DNA from: a virus | Direction: 5' to 3' (one strand) | IMG/VR virus record: IMGVR_UViG_3300023099_000006 | Span: 1 to 38,034 of that record | Length of the DNA: 38,034 nt | The notes under the pieces: model-generated | What the model was told of the DNA's origin: nothing | Databases searched by the model: none | Seen by the model: the letters and a program-made list of their open reading frames with translations, nothing else | Shown here: positions 9,128 through 18,833 of the stretch, in pieces | Position numbering within the stretch: position 1 is the first letter of the stretch | Layout: each line of letters opens with the position of its first letter | Position numbers and translations under genes: made by a program

Positions 9128-9998
9128 AATATTAATTACTGGAGGAGAAGGATTTGTAGGACGTGCTTTTGTACGCCTTTTGAAGGACGAACATCAATTA
9201 TATATTGTAGACTTAAAAACTAATGGAGACTGCCGTGATTTCTTTAAGAACTCTACAGAACAGTTTGATTTAGTTATTCATCTAGCAGCTATTGTTGGAG
9301 GTCGTATGATGATTGAAGGAAACCCTATAGCAGTAGCTACGGACCTTTCTATTGATGCAGAAATGTTTAATTGGGCAGTAAAGACTAAACAACCACGAGT
9401 AGTGTATTTCTCCAGTAGTGCAGCATATCCAATCGCTTTACAAAGACAAATGCCTTATAGATATCTTACCGAAAGTGATATTAAATTAAATGGTGACTTT
9501 ATCGGGAATCCTGATATGAGTTATGGTTGGTCTAAAATCACTGGTGAGATGCTCGCGGAATATGCCCGAAAACAAGGTGTAAACGTCCATGTGTTCCGTC
9601 CTTTTAGTGGATACGGTGAAGACCAGGACCTGGATTATCCATTCCCTTCATTCATCAAGCGCGCAAAGGACAAGGTTGAAGAGTTCGAGATATGGGGAGA
9701 CGGTACGGCAGTTCGTGATTTCATTCACATCGATGACATCTGCGAAGCTGTAATGAAAGCAGTTGAATTGGATATCCAAGAACCAATTAACCTAGGAAGC
9801 GGAGTGGGTACCTCATTCAACGAATTAGCTGAAAAGGTAATGGAAATTTCTGGTCTTAAGGTACCCATCAAACACCATGTTGATAAACCAGTTGGAGTTA
9901 TGTACCGAGTAGGGGATAATAGTAAGATGTTAGAATTTTACACTCCTAAAATTTCACTCGAAGAAGGGATTAAGCGTTCACTTGAATATGGAAAATAA
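9120..9998 (+). CDS. NAD-dependent sugar epimerase/dehydratase (extended SDR)
   Basis: ILITGGEGFVGRAF (GxxGxxG), YGWSK (YxxxK), GDGTAVRDFIHIDD. Confidence 0.8.
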   Translation: MSKILITGGEGFVGRAFVRLLKDEHQLYIVDLKTNGDCRDFFKNSTEQFDLVIHLAAIVGGRMMIEGNPIAVATDLSIDAEMFNWAVKTKQPRVVYFSSSAAYPIALQRQMPYRYLTESDIKLNGDFIGNPDMSYGWSKITGEMLAEYARKQGVNVHVFRPFSGYGEDQDLDYPFPSFIKRAKDKVEEFEIWGDGTAVRDFIHIDDICEAVMKAVELDIQEPINLGSGVGTSFNELAEKVMEISGLKVPIKHHVDKPVGVMYRVGDNSKMLEFYTPKISLEEGIKRSLEYGK

Positions 9999-11145
9999 AC
10001 CAAAAATACTTCTAATTTCGACCGATTGGAGTCAAAATACTTACAGGACAATTAATAACAAACCTGGTGCTATTTCACAGTACCGTCTTATCTATCCTAT
10101 GCGTTACTTAGAGGAATACTATGACATCGATTATGTAGGTCCTGATTTCGCTGACAAGGTTGCAGGAAAAGACAAAGGTGCTGCATTTCATCGTTTCTTT
10201 TCTGATTACGACATGGTAATTAGTAAGATTACAGACAACCCTACAGCTGCTTCTGATATTCGATTCATGACTAGATATCTCGGTGTTGTTTTGGTAGTGG
10301 ACATCGACGATAACATTTGGGAACTCAAGCCAGATCAACCAGGATATGAAATCTATAACAAGGGAGGTGCAAGACTTGGCTTTGCTTCCACATACGTTTC
10401 AAATGCAGACGCGGTGTTTTCATCGACCAAACCTCTCGCTGATTACATCTCAAACCGAATGAAAGAAGCTCATGGTGAAGATAAACCTGTTTATGTATTA
10501 CCTAACTGTGTAGACACTAACGACTATCAGTTTCAAAAGGCTAAATTAGACCCAAATAAGATAGTTATCGGATGGCAAGGTTCTACTACTCACCATGAAG
10601 ACCTCAGAATTGCTATGCCAGCTATCGGAAAGCTTATGCAAGAATACCCAAATCTCTACCTAGAGCTTATGGGCGGTGTTTCTGACGAGATGGTAGGTGA
10701 TTTGTTTAAAGATATGCCAGAAGAATTACTTGAAAGAGTGAGAACTATCGGAGGAGGACCAGCATTTGACACCTTTCCTCATCTTTTAAGCGAGCAGGCA
10801 TGGGATATTGCTATTGCTCCTATCACAGACCATGCTTTTAATCATGCTAAGAGTCATATCAAGTGGATGGAATACGCAATGTATTCGATTCCTTGTGTTG
10901 CTTCAAAGGTTTACCCCTATTACATGCCCATCCAAGGAACCGATACCATCGTAGACGGAACTACAGGGCTTATCGCAGACGAAAAAGAATGGTATGATAA
11001 GTTGAAGTTACTTATAGACAACAAAAATCTCAGAGAAGAGATTGGAATAAATGCAAACATGTATGTTTCAAAGCATTGGCATATAAAAGAACATGTTAAA
11101 AAATGGAAAGAAGCAATAGACATGTTGTTAGAATCTAACTCGTAA
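9988..11145 (+). CDS. Second GT-B-like glycosyltransferase
   Basis: IVIGWQGSTTHHEDL...YPNLYLELMGG and KWMEYAMYSIPCVAS resemble the C-terminal Rossmann half of GT-B enzymes. Alternative start TTG 9982. Confidence 0.55.
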   Translation: MENKPKILLISTDWSQNTYRTINNKPGAISQYRLIYPMRYLEEYYDIDYVGPDFADKVAGKDKGAAFHRFFSDYDMVISKITDNPTAASDIRFMTRYLGVVLVVDIDDNIWELKPDQPGYEIYNKGGARLGFASTYVSNADAVFSSTKPLADYISNRMKEAHGEDKPVYVLPNCVDTNDYQFQKAKLDPNKIVIGWQGSTTHHEDLRIAMPAIGKLMQEYPNLYLELMGGVSDEMVGDLFKDMPEELLERVRTIGGGPAFDTFPHLLSEQAWDIAIAPITDHAFNHAKSHIKWMEYAMYSIPCVASKVYPYYMPIQGTDTIVDGTTGLIADEKEWYDKLKLLIDNKNLREEIGINANMYVSKHWHIKEHVKKWKEAIDMLLESNS

Positions 11146-11184
11146 CAGCCACAAACTGCCTGCGGGTTGGATTTTGGTAATATG

Positions 11185-11214
11185 CTAGACATTCTTCATA
11201 TAAATGTTCTATAC
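11185..11214 (+). promoter_or_regulatory. Candidate sigma70-type promoter for the tail genes (TAGACA, 18-nt spacer, TATACT)
   Basis: Hexamers read in the 102-bp gap between 11145 and 11248. Confidence 0.3.
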
Positions 11215-11247
11215 TAATTTTAGCTTTTGTGGAGCGTCTATATACAG

Positions 11248-11934
11248 ATGACTTTTACCCAATTAGTAACAGAATCAAGAAGACTAGTTAAAGCAACAGA
11301 AGTTGCCTACCCTATTTCAGAAGTTACAGATAGTTTAAATCGAGCACTTGATAGTGCTGTTTCATTGATTCGTCAAGCAGAGGGACGTTGGCAGTGGCAA
11401 GACACCAATGACTCAACTGCTCCTTATTCCTCTACAACCACTATTACGTCAGGAACAAATCAAATAGTAATAGACCCTACATATGAAAGAGTGCAACGAG
11501 TAGCAATTAAAGCTCCTGGAGCAACTTATTTCACAAAACTCATACCGTTTGACGTAGCTGACCCTAAGTGCTTGGACATGTATAACACTGCACAAACTGG
11601 TGTTCCTACTCATTACGATAAGATGGGTAAGTATTTTATCCTGTATCCTACTCCTAACTATACACAGGCAAACTCATTCCAAGTTTTCTATGAACAAGGT
11701 CCTAGTTATTTTACAACAGCCGATACTACAAAAGCACCAGGAATAGAGCCATTGTTCCACCGATATCTTTCTCTTAGCGCTGCTTACGATTACGCGATGA
11801 TCAACCTCACTAAGGTAGCTGGCACTATTCGTCAGGAAATGGCTTTGATGGAAAAGAAAATACAAGATTTTTATGCTCACCGTGATAAGGATGATAAACC
11901 ACAAATGAGAGTTAGAACTCAAAGTTTTAGATAA
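11248..11934 (+). CDS. Virion protein, possibly head-to-tail adaptor or tail tubular protein A-like
   Basis: 228 aa from ATG 11248 (track ORF 11227). First gene of the tail block; the call is positional only. Confidence 0.4.
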   Translation: MTFTQLVTESRRLVKATEVAYPISEVTDSLNRALDSAVSLIRQAEGRWQWQDTNDSTAPYSSTTTITSGTNQIVIDPTYERVQRVAIKAPGATYFTKLIPFDVADPKCLDMYNTAQTGVPTHYDKMGKYFILYPTPNYTQANSFQVFYEQGPSYFTTADTTKAPGIEPLFHRYLSLSAAYDYAMINLTKVAGTIRQEMALMEKKIQDFYAHRDKDDKPQMRVRTQSFR

Positions 11935-12713
11935 TGCCGCCAACAAATTTAAAAACACTTGAAAATAAAATTATACAGCTTGAGAATGAAATCAAGCTTT
12001 TAAAGTCTGGCTTACAACTTCATCAACATACAATCAGTGACGGAACTAGTGTGTTGAGAAAGAATATTCAATTAGATGCAGATCAGTGGTTGGCAATAGG
12101 TCCTGCTCAATTACTTTCACAAGTTAGAAGCACAGGATCAACAAGTAATGATTTCACAGCGTTTTCTATCGCTGTAGGTTCTGATCCAGTTACATTGCCA
12201 GCTAACTATAAGTCAGCAGACATGCAGTTAAACATGCTTCATTTTGAGAAGGATACTAACAAGTATTCTTATTTGACTTGTGCCCGAAGTCCGTTGGTTG
12301 CGTCATATGAAAATACTAGTATCTCTGTAACTTCTGGCGGGAACACAGTTACGATAGCAGGTTACAACTTTATTACTAATGAACTAACAGGTGCTTATAT
12401 AAACATAATCAACTCATCGGGGGCATTGGTTGAAACCCGTAGAATTACTTCAAATACTGCAACCGTTATTACTATCACTGGAACATGGGGTGCTTCTACT
12501 TCAGGAGGTAAATTCAGTATTTATACTCCTACCTTTATTGGGAAGACTGATTCAATCTTTCGCCGATTATATATTGACGAGGGAAACACTGACGGAGGAG
12601 TTCGATTTGGACCTGGTGCAACTTCTAATGGACAAAACGGACTACTGTATATGGACGCAGCAGGAGATCTCCAATGGCGAACTAAGGCAGGGGTAGTAAC
12701 CAAATTAAACTAA
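11934..12713 (+). CDS. Virion/tail-associated protein (259 aa)
   Basis: ORF track. ATGA-type junction with the upstream gene. N-terminal coiled coil, then a Ser/Thr/Gly-rich beta-type sequence. Confidence 0.5.
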   Translation: MPPTNLKTLENKIIQLENEIKLLKSGLQLHQHTISDGTSVLRKNIQLDADQWLAIGPAQLLSQVRSTGSTSNDFTAFSIAVGSDPVTLPANYKSADMQLNMLHFEKDTNKYSYLTCARSPLVASYENTSISVTSGGNTVTIAGYNFITNELTGAYINIINSSGALVETRRITSNTATVITITGTWGASTSGGKFSIYTPTFIGKTDSIFRRLYIDEGNTDGGVRFGPGATSNGQNGLLYMDAAGDLQWRTKAGVVTKLN

Positions 12714-12714
12714 T

Positions 12715-14733
12715 ATGCTTCAAATTCCACCACCTGACACACATACATTCATTCAACCGAACAACTCAGATTTGCACGGTAATATTTTCTATACTAAAAA
12801 CATCAACTTTGACGATCAGGGTTATTTGACATTATCAGCTGCACCAAAGGCAGTGATAAACAACACCATAGATGCTGATTTTGATAACTGTGCAGTAATT
12901 ATAAGGTCTGAAGACCACGGTTACCTCGCAGTCACATGGGATGAACTTTTTAATGTAAGTAATGATATTTTAGCTAATACTCCAGTGCAGAATACTGACG
13001 TTGGGGTACCTCAAGGAGATGTTGAGGCAGACGCCGCGTGGTTCAGTGGAAAACTTGTAGTCTCGCAAGATACTGACGTTGATTATTATGACCCAGTGAC
13101 AAATGCTTGGGTTGATACAAATATCTCTCTAACGGGAGGTAACGCAAACCAACACCCAGTCGTAAACTTTCTTTCTTATAATCAAGTTGCGATTGCTAAC
13201 GTCAACACAGTAGGGGTTTATGCAACTCCAATCACTGCAACACCAGTACTAGTGAACACACTCACCATTTCAAGTGATTTTACAATCACCTCAATGGTTT
13301 ATTTCAACCAAAACCTTTATGTAGGAACTCGTAGTGCGTTTGGTGGTAAGGCAGCACTGTATGTATGGAACGGACAGGGCACGGGAGCACAAGGTGTCTT
13401 TGAAGTAGACTCTAATATCATCTTTGACATATGTGTGTTTCAGGAATCTATTATTGTTTTCACGGGAAATGCAAGATTATTGAGATTTAATGGCTCGGGA
13501 TTCTCTCCTTTGGCTGAATTCCCAGCATTTTATGCAAACCAACACCTTACATCAGAAGGAGGCCTCAATATTTACCATAACTGCATGAAGTCAAATGGTG
13601 ATATACTTTACATATCTTTTACTGATGACGAAAACCAAAACCAATTATTGCTCAATCAACCGTCAGGAATTTGGTGCTACGATCCAAAAGTTGGATTGTA
13701 TAACCGTTATTCTCTGTCTAATTCTATTGTAACTAACAAGGCATTTTTAGTGGTTGACACAGCGACAGATCAAATAACAGTCACTTCTCCAGCTGTTACT
13801 ACTGGAACAGAAGTCTATTACAGTGTTAATGGCGGTACAGGAATTGCACCCCTTGTTGATGAAACAAAATACTTTGCAATTTATGTGGACGCTACACACA
13901 TAAGACTTGCAACAACATTAGCCAATGCTTTAGCTAATTTTTATATTAACCTCACAACTACTGGTTCAGGATCAGCAGAAAAACTTGTTTTCTACCCAAA
14001 GACTGATTACGGACAATTCTTCAATGAACGTCAGGTTGGACTTTATGCAATAAACCTTCCAGTACAAAACACTCAATATGGTACAGATTTAATATGGGGA
14101 GGAGAATTAGGTAGCAGAACAATTCCTACAGCTGGTGATGAATATCTTGGTTCTGTATCTATGGGTGTAGAATCACGAGGATATTTCGTTACTCCTAAAG
14201 TTTTTTCTACAAATGTAACTGATACATACAATCAAGTTTCTATTAAATACACTCCATTAAACGAACTTGATAAAATCATAGTTAAATTCAGAGTTACAGA
14301 TGATAATATGAACTCCATAGACCTTTCAGATTCAAACTTCTGGGCTATTACATGGACAAGTACTAACACTTTCACAACTGTCGATACACGATTCTCTGGG
14401 GCTGTTATAGGAAATGAAATCGAAGTACTACGAGGAGCCGCAGGAGGATTACTTGCACATATCACTGATATTACATTTAATGCAGGAACTTATACGGTAA
14501 CGATAGATGAAACTTTTACGGACTATATTTCAGGGGACAAGTCTTTGGCTATTTTCAGAAATTGGACAAAGCTTATGACTATTACCAGTGCCGACAGTGA
14601 TGAATACAAAATGGCACAGATTGCCAAGACAGGTACTTTCATTCAATTAAAAATAGAATTGCGGGGTATCGGAGTAAAAATTGAAGCCGTGCAGATAGAT
14701 AACGTAACCCAATTACCAGCAAAAATGACATAA
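12715..14733 (+). CDS. Large tail structural protein, possibly tail tubular protein B/nozzle-like
   Basis: 672 aa, beta-rich repetitive composition. Size and position match the podovirus nozzle protein. Confidence 0.45.
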   Translation: MLQIPPPDTHTFIQPNNSDLHGNIFYTKNINFDDQGYLTLSAAPKAVINNTIDADFDNCAVIIRSEDHGYLAVTWDELFNVSNDILANTPVQNTDVGVPQGDVEADAAWFSGKLVVSQDTDVDYYDPVTNAWVDTNISLTGGNANQHPVVNFLSYNQVAIANVNTVGVYATPITATPVLVNTLTISSDFTITSMVYFNQNLYVGTRSAFGGKAALYVWNGQGTGAQGVFEVDSNIIFDICVFQESIIVFTGNARLLRFNGSGFSPLAEFPAFYANQHLTSEGGLNIYHNCMKSNGDILYISFTDDENQNQLLLNQPSGIWCYDPKVGLYNRYSLSNSIVTNKAFLVVDTATDQITVTSPAVTTGTEVYYSVNGGTGIAPLVDETKYFAIYVDATHIRLATTLANALANFYINLTTTGSGSAEKLVFYPKTDYGQFFNERQVGLYAINLPVQNTQYGTDLIWGGELGSRTIPTAGDEYLGSVSMGVESRGYFVTPKVFSTNVTDTYNQVSIKYTPLNELDKIIVKFRVTDDNMNSIDLSDSNFWAITWTSTNTFTTVDTRFSGAVIGNEIEVLRGAAGGLLAHITDITFNAGTYTVTIDETFTDYISGDKSLAIFRNWTKLMTITSADSDEYKMAQIAKTGTFIQLKIELRGIGVKIEAVQIDNVTQLPAKMT

Positions 14734-14764
14734 TTGTCAATATACCTTATACTAAATCACATAC

Positions 14765-16267
14765 ATGGCTACTTCTCCAATTTTAAAATCTTCGAAGACA
14801 AATAGCACTTATAATATTAAGACAGGCGAACTTTCTAATGGTCCTACTGTTTATGCACCAAATACTGTTCTTCGTAATACTGATGCTCAAAATCAGGTAC
14901 TAGCTAATGCAAACCCCCAAGCTTTCGATGTTGCAGCTAACATGGCAGGATTTTCTAATTTTCCTGTTTCCCAGTCAAACATTCCTTCTGTTGTACCCGT
15001 ATCAGGTCTAAGTGCTACACCAGTTAATTTAATGCCCACACAAGTGCCTACAGCCGCTGTAGGAGGCATTGCAGCTCTTGGTCAACAGGCTCTAAGTGTT
15101 CAGGACCAATTCCTTCAACAACAACAGGCACAACTTGCTTCACAACAGAATCAAGTTACCACTCAGCAGAATGGTATCGCAGATGTCTATACTCGTCTTT
15201 TTGGTCAAGCTAATAGAAATGAAGACATTTATAAAGATTTAGGAGTAGATGATGCTCAAAAGGCAGTAAACAATTACACTTCACAAATTGAACAGGAGCA
15301 ACTCGCTAATCGTCGGCAAATAGAAGAACTTCAAAAGAATCCTAACGGTATGACAGCACAGGCACTTTCTGCAACTACACAAGAAGTAAATCGTAAGAGT
15401 CTATCACAGCAAGCTGACTTAGCTGTTCTTCAAGGTGCAGCAGCTCGTAACTTTGATGCCGTATCTTCAGCGGCAGACCGTAAGATTGCAGCAGAAACAG
15501 AAGGACTCAAACTAGAACTTCAAGCTAGACAATTCTTTTATCAAGAGAATAAGGAGGATTACAACAAGACTGAACAACGCATTTACGAACAGCAGAACAA
15601 GAAGATTGAGACAGAGATTAAGAACAAAGAAAATGGTCAGAAAATGATTGTTGAAGCTGTATCTTTTGGAGCTCCTAATGCAGTCATTCAACAAGCACAA
15701 GCTGCATACAATAATGGTGCAAGCCCTACAGAAATTGCAAGAATCATAGGAACTTACACTCCTGCAGGATTAGCAGCTCAAACAGAACGTTTACAGCAAC
15801 AAAATATTCGTAGTCAGATAGCTGAAAGACAGCAAGCAGGGAATGCAGCTGGAACTATTAATGGTAAACCTCAAAATGCAACACAGGCTACAGCTAATAC
15901 GTATGCAAATCGTCTAGCCGAAGCTAATGTGACCCTAGATACTCTTGGAGGGAAATTCACAGGAGTAGGAACTGCAATCGGTAATGTGTTGGGAGGTTTA
16001 GTTCCTAATTTCTTGAAAGGAGGAGATAGACAAGCTGTTGAACAAGCACAAAAGAACTTTGTTACTGCCATCCTTCGACGTGAATCAGGTGCGTCTATCG
16101 CTCCTACTGAATTCCAAACTGCCGCAGAAATTTATTTCCCTCAGCCAGGAGATAAACCAGAAGTTGTTCAACAAAAAGCTATCACTCGTAATAGTGCAAT
16201 CAATAACTTTTATAAGGAAGCTAATGCATTTAGACCAGTATTACCAGGTCAGATAATTCAGAGTTAA
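14765..16267 (+). CDS. Internal virion/ejection-type protein (putative)
   Basis: 500 aa, Q/A-rich and coiled-coil-like (QQQQAQLASQQNQVTTQQ). Position after the nozzle-like gene. Confidence 0.4.
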   Translation: MATSPILKSSKTNSTYNIKTGELSNGPTVYAPNTVLRNTDAQNQVLANANPQAFDVAANMAGFSNFPVSQSNIPSVVPVSGLSATPVNLMPTQVPTAAVGGIAALGQQALSVQDQFLQQQQAQLASQQNQVTTQQNGIADVYTRLFGQANRNEDIYKDLGVDDAQKAVNNYTSQIEQEQLANRRQIEELQKNPNGMTAQALSATTQEVNRKSLSQQADLAVLQGAAARNFDAVSSAADRKIAAETEGLKLELQARQFFYQENKEDYNKTEQRIYEQQNKKIETEIKNKENGQKMIVEAVSFGAPNAVIQQAQAAYNNGASPTEIARIIGTYTPAGLAAQTERLQQQNIRSQIAERQQAGNAAGTINGKPQNATQATANTYANRLAEANVTLDTLGGKFTGVGTAIGNVLGGLVPNFLKGGDRQAVEQAQKNFVTAILRRESGASIAPTEFQTAAEIYFPQPGDKPEVVQQKAITRNSAINNFYKEANAFRPVLPGQIIQS

Positions 16268-16269
16268 TT

Positions 16270-17784
16270 ATGGCACAATATAAAGTAAACCCAGACGGAA
16301 CTACCGCAACAGATTTAGAAACAGGAAAGACTATAAATATTAGTCAACTCAAAAGCTACAATGTAGTTGCGGGTCCAGCGACAGGTATTCCTGATCCTAA
16401 ACCTAAGACATCATTGGGTCAAAAAATATTGGATGCAGGTAGTTCTGTGGCTAAATTTGTAGGTGCAGAAGGAATAGCAGAGCAGTATGGTTCTACTATC
16501 GCTAAAGCACAAGCTAATACACAGCAAGAAAAAGATTTAGTTGAAAGTCCTTCCTTAAAGAAGGTTGTTGGGTCAGCTATTCAAACAGGTGCCAATCTTA
16601 TTCCTGGAGCAGGAAAGGGGGTTGGTTTGTTGGGTAAAACTTTGGCAGGAGCAGGAACTGGTTTAGCATTTGATGTAGGTTCCCAACTTCAAAACGATCA
16701 AGCTGTTTCTCCAGGCGTTGGAACTATCGTTGGAGCTGCACTACCAGGTGCTGGAGCAATATTGAAACCAGTTACAAAAATTGTGGGAAGGTTGTTTAAA
16801 GGAATTGGATCAGGACTTTCAGGAGTTTCTACTGACACTATAGAAAAAATCGTTTCTAATCCTGAAACTGCTCAAAAAGTATCTGAAAAATTGGCTAAAA
16901 CAGGTAATAGCAAACTTCTAGAAGAGAACACAAGAAAGGTTGTTAACGGAGTTTCAACTATTAAAAGAGAGGCAAGAGACGCTTTTGCTAAAGGGCTTGA
17001 CGAGCTTTCTGGTGTTGATATTGTCCCTGACAACGTAAGAACTGGTGTAGTAGGGGCTCTAGAAAAAAATGGAATCTCTATAGTAGATGATGGTGTTAAT
17101 TTCTCTGGCGCAGATTTTCTTGACGCAAATGTACAAAAAAAGGCAGAAAATATAATCAATACTATAAATGAAACTAAGGATTTGACTGGTACAGGAGTAA
17201 GAAAACTCATGGACATAGTTGATAGTGCAAAATTTAAATCAGCTCCAGATGGGGAACGACAGGCATTCAACGCCTTGATGAATGATATTAAGTCTGGTTT
17301 AAGAGATGGGGTGAGTAAGTCAACCACAAAACTTGATGAAATAAATGCGAAATACTCGGCTGATTTGCAGTTAGCTGAAACAGTAGAAGATATATTTGGT
17401 AACGTAAATTATAAAAATCTTCCTGAACTAGTGAAAGCTTCAAAAAAATTAGAAACAATGTTCGCTCAAAAAGGGCTTGCACCAGAAGTTATAGATGATT
17501 TCTTAACGAGAATAGGGGAGAATGCTGATGATTTCAAAACCTCAGAAGCAGTAAGACAAATTAGCAACAAATCTACAGGAGCAAACACAACTGGATTAAG
17601 TATTGGCGAAGTAGTACAACAAGCTACTAGCTCTGTAATTACTCCAAAAATGGTTAAGAATATAGCTACAATTACTGGCTTGGCAGAAAAAAAGGTTATG
17701 CCTTTCCTTCGTCAACTAAAGCCCGCCGCGCGAAATACCGTAATACAGGCTCTAATATCAACGAATCAATCAGGTTCCAAATAA
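16270..17784 (+). CDS. Internal virion/ejection-type protein (putative)
   Basis: 504 aa, G/A-rich hydrophobic N-terminal third (GAGKGVGLLGKTLAGAGTGLAF...), helical remainder. Confidence 0.4.
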   Translation: MAQYKVNPDGTTATDLETGKTINISQLKSYNVVAGPATGIPDPKPKTSLGQKILDAGSSVAKFVGAEGIAEQYGSTIAKAQANTQQEKDLVESPSLKKVVGSAIQTGANLIPGAGKGVGLLGKTLAGAGTGLAFDVGSQLQNDQAVSPGVGTIVGAALPGAGAILKPVTKIVGRLFKGIGSGLSGVSTDTIEKIVSNPETAQKVSEKLAKTGNSKLLEENTRKVVNGVSTIKREARDAFAKGLDELSGVDIVPDNVRTGVVGALEKNGISIVDDGVNFSGADFLDANVQKKAENIINTINETKDLTGTGVRKLMDIVDSAKFKSAPDGERQAFNALMNDIKSGLRDGVSKSTTKLDEINAKYSADLQLAETVEDIFGNVNYKNLPELVKASKKLETMFAQKGLAPEVIDDFLTRIGENADDFKTSEAVRQISNKSTGANTTGLSIGEVVQQATSSVITPKMVKNIATITGLAEKKVMPFLRQLKPAARNTVIQALISTNQSGSK

Positions 17785-17890
17785 ACCCTATTATCATAAT
17801 TAAGCAAAATGCTTTAAATATGAAATAAATTATTGTTATCATATTTTTGATACTACAGTACATTACAAAAACGTCAATAACTTTATCCAC

Positions 17891-17919
17891 TTGCAACAGT
17901 TCTTCACTAGTTCTATAAT
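17891..17919 (+). promoter_or_regulatory. Well-formed sigma70-type promoter: TTGCAA, 17-nt spacer, TATAAT
   Basis: -35 at 17891..17896 and -10 at 17914..17919, in a 240-bp AT-rich gap upstream of gene 18025. Confidence 0.55.
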
Positions 17920-18024
17920 AAGAGTGTAGTCATATCGACTATGAGAACTTATGAATTCGCACAATATATCTTTCGCGACACTAAATATTAAACAAATGGT
18001 TCTTAAATCAGGATATACTAGTAC

Positions 18025-18618
18025 TTGTATATGCCTCCCAACCATTTACCTGAGCTTGAAAAAAAGATGAGTGAGCTTAGGGATTCAATAGCTGAATATG
18101 CTGACAAGTTCCCAAGAATTTTTTCAAATGTAAATCCTTACCTTAAGGAGAAAAGATTTAGTGGAAATTATCTAGAATATATTATTTTTGGTACAGCTCT
18201 CATAGAGAGTATTCTTTACAGGTTTTTTGATGTACTGGCTCATAGTCATAGTTACGATTCTTTCGTCAAGGAAATCGAATCTACTGGTACAGTTTCCGAT
18301 AGTGCTGATGTTAAGATGGTATCCCGTAAAGACGAGGATCCATTTGGTGCGCTAGTAAGGAAGTTGGTTAATGATTTTAATATTGACCAGACTTACCCTA
18401 ATTTATATAAAAAATTAACAACCCTCAAAATTAAAAGAAATGCGATCGCTCATGATTTCATAGATGAGTATGAAGGAGATTTTGATAAAGCAAATAATGA
18501 CTTCAAATCTTATGCTGACGGACAACCAATCGAACTACTTATAAATGAAATAGCTAAAATTTCTGATGATATTAGGAATAAACAGGATAGTTTCTTTAAG
18601 GAAAAGTTTAAAAAATAG
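18025..18618 (+). CDS. HEPN-like protein (Rx4H motif), putative RNase/abortive-infection-type effector
   Basis: 197-aa helical protein with LKIKRNAIAHDF, where R-N-A-I-A-H fits Rx4-6H and the RNxxAH form seen in AbiD/F-type HEPN domains. Confidence 0.5.
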   Translation: MYMPPNHLPELEKKMSELRDSIAEYADKFPRIFSNVNPYLKEKRFSGNYLEYIIFGTALIESILYRFFDVLAHSHSYDSFVKEIESTGTVSDSADVKMVSRKDEDPFGALVRKLVNDFNIDQTYPNLYKKLTTLKIKRNAIAHDFIDEYEGDFDKANNDFKSYADGQPIELLINEIAKISDDIRNKQDSFFKEKFKK

Positions 18619-18639
18619 GGATTCACTTCCCTGTTTTTT
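18617..18639 (+). terminator. Rho-independent terminator after the HEPN-like gene
   Basis: AGGGA / TCCCT stem, 6-nt loop, then G + TTTTTT (18634..18639). Confidence 0.6.
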
Positions 18640-18724
18640 ATTGAAATTTTGAGGCTCTAGAATCGTTTTTAAGCCCTTCTTTATCAAAACTTGATACCAT
18701 GGTAGTGTATACTTAACGTACAAA

Positions 18725-18829
18725 AAGACTCGGCTACAGTAATCCGCTCACGCAGCGGGGTTTTCTCTTAGCCGAGTCTTCCCTCCTGATGGGCGGATTT
18801 GTGCGTGTTAGAAATAATCGACTCGGCTA
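18725..18829 (+). promoter_or_regulatory. Three-segment alternative-pairing leader upstream of gene 18834
   Basis: AAGACTCGGCTA (18725..18736) pairs perfectly (12 bp) with TAGCCGAGTCTT (18769..18780). A second copy of GACTCGGCTA (18820..18829, ending 4 nt before the ATG) can pair with the same middle segment (10 bp). Confidence 0.5.
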
Positions 18830-18833
18830 AAAT

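Noticed and set aside
17883-17891. Second DnaA-box-like site TTATCCACT next to the island promoter
   Set aside because: It matches only 8 of 9 positions. About one chance occurrence of the 8-mer is expected in a genome of this size on both strands.
5806-17896. Other embedded or antisense track ORFs in the structural region (e.g. 5806..5994-, 5913..6197+, 6311..6532-, 7268..7546-, 7830..8105+, 8225..8506-, 8601..8978-, 8608..8808+, 10108..10338-, 10920..11192-, 11674..11958-, 12430..12696+, 12521..12703-, 14232..14465-, 15512..15700-, 15871..16071-, 16038..16256+, 16872..17327-, 17288..17482-, 17696..17896-)
   Set aside because: They overlap confidently called + strand genes and show no motifs. 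They are typical shadow ORFs.
17863-18723. Minus-strand track ORFs 17863..18045 and 18535..18723 in the island flanks
   Set aside because: They are AT-rich shadow frames overlapping the promoter, HEPN gene and terminator. They contain no recognisable sequence features.
18725-18780. tRNA or other classical RNA gene in the structured intergenic region
   Set aside because: A 12-bp stem with a 32-nt loop does not fit a cloverleaf, and there is no GTTCRA T-loop motif. I saw no tRNA-like sequence in any other intergenic gap either, but a tRNAscan/Infernal run was not possible.
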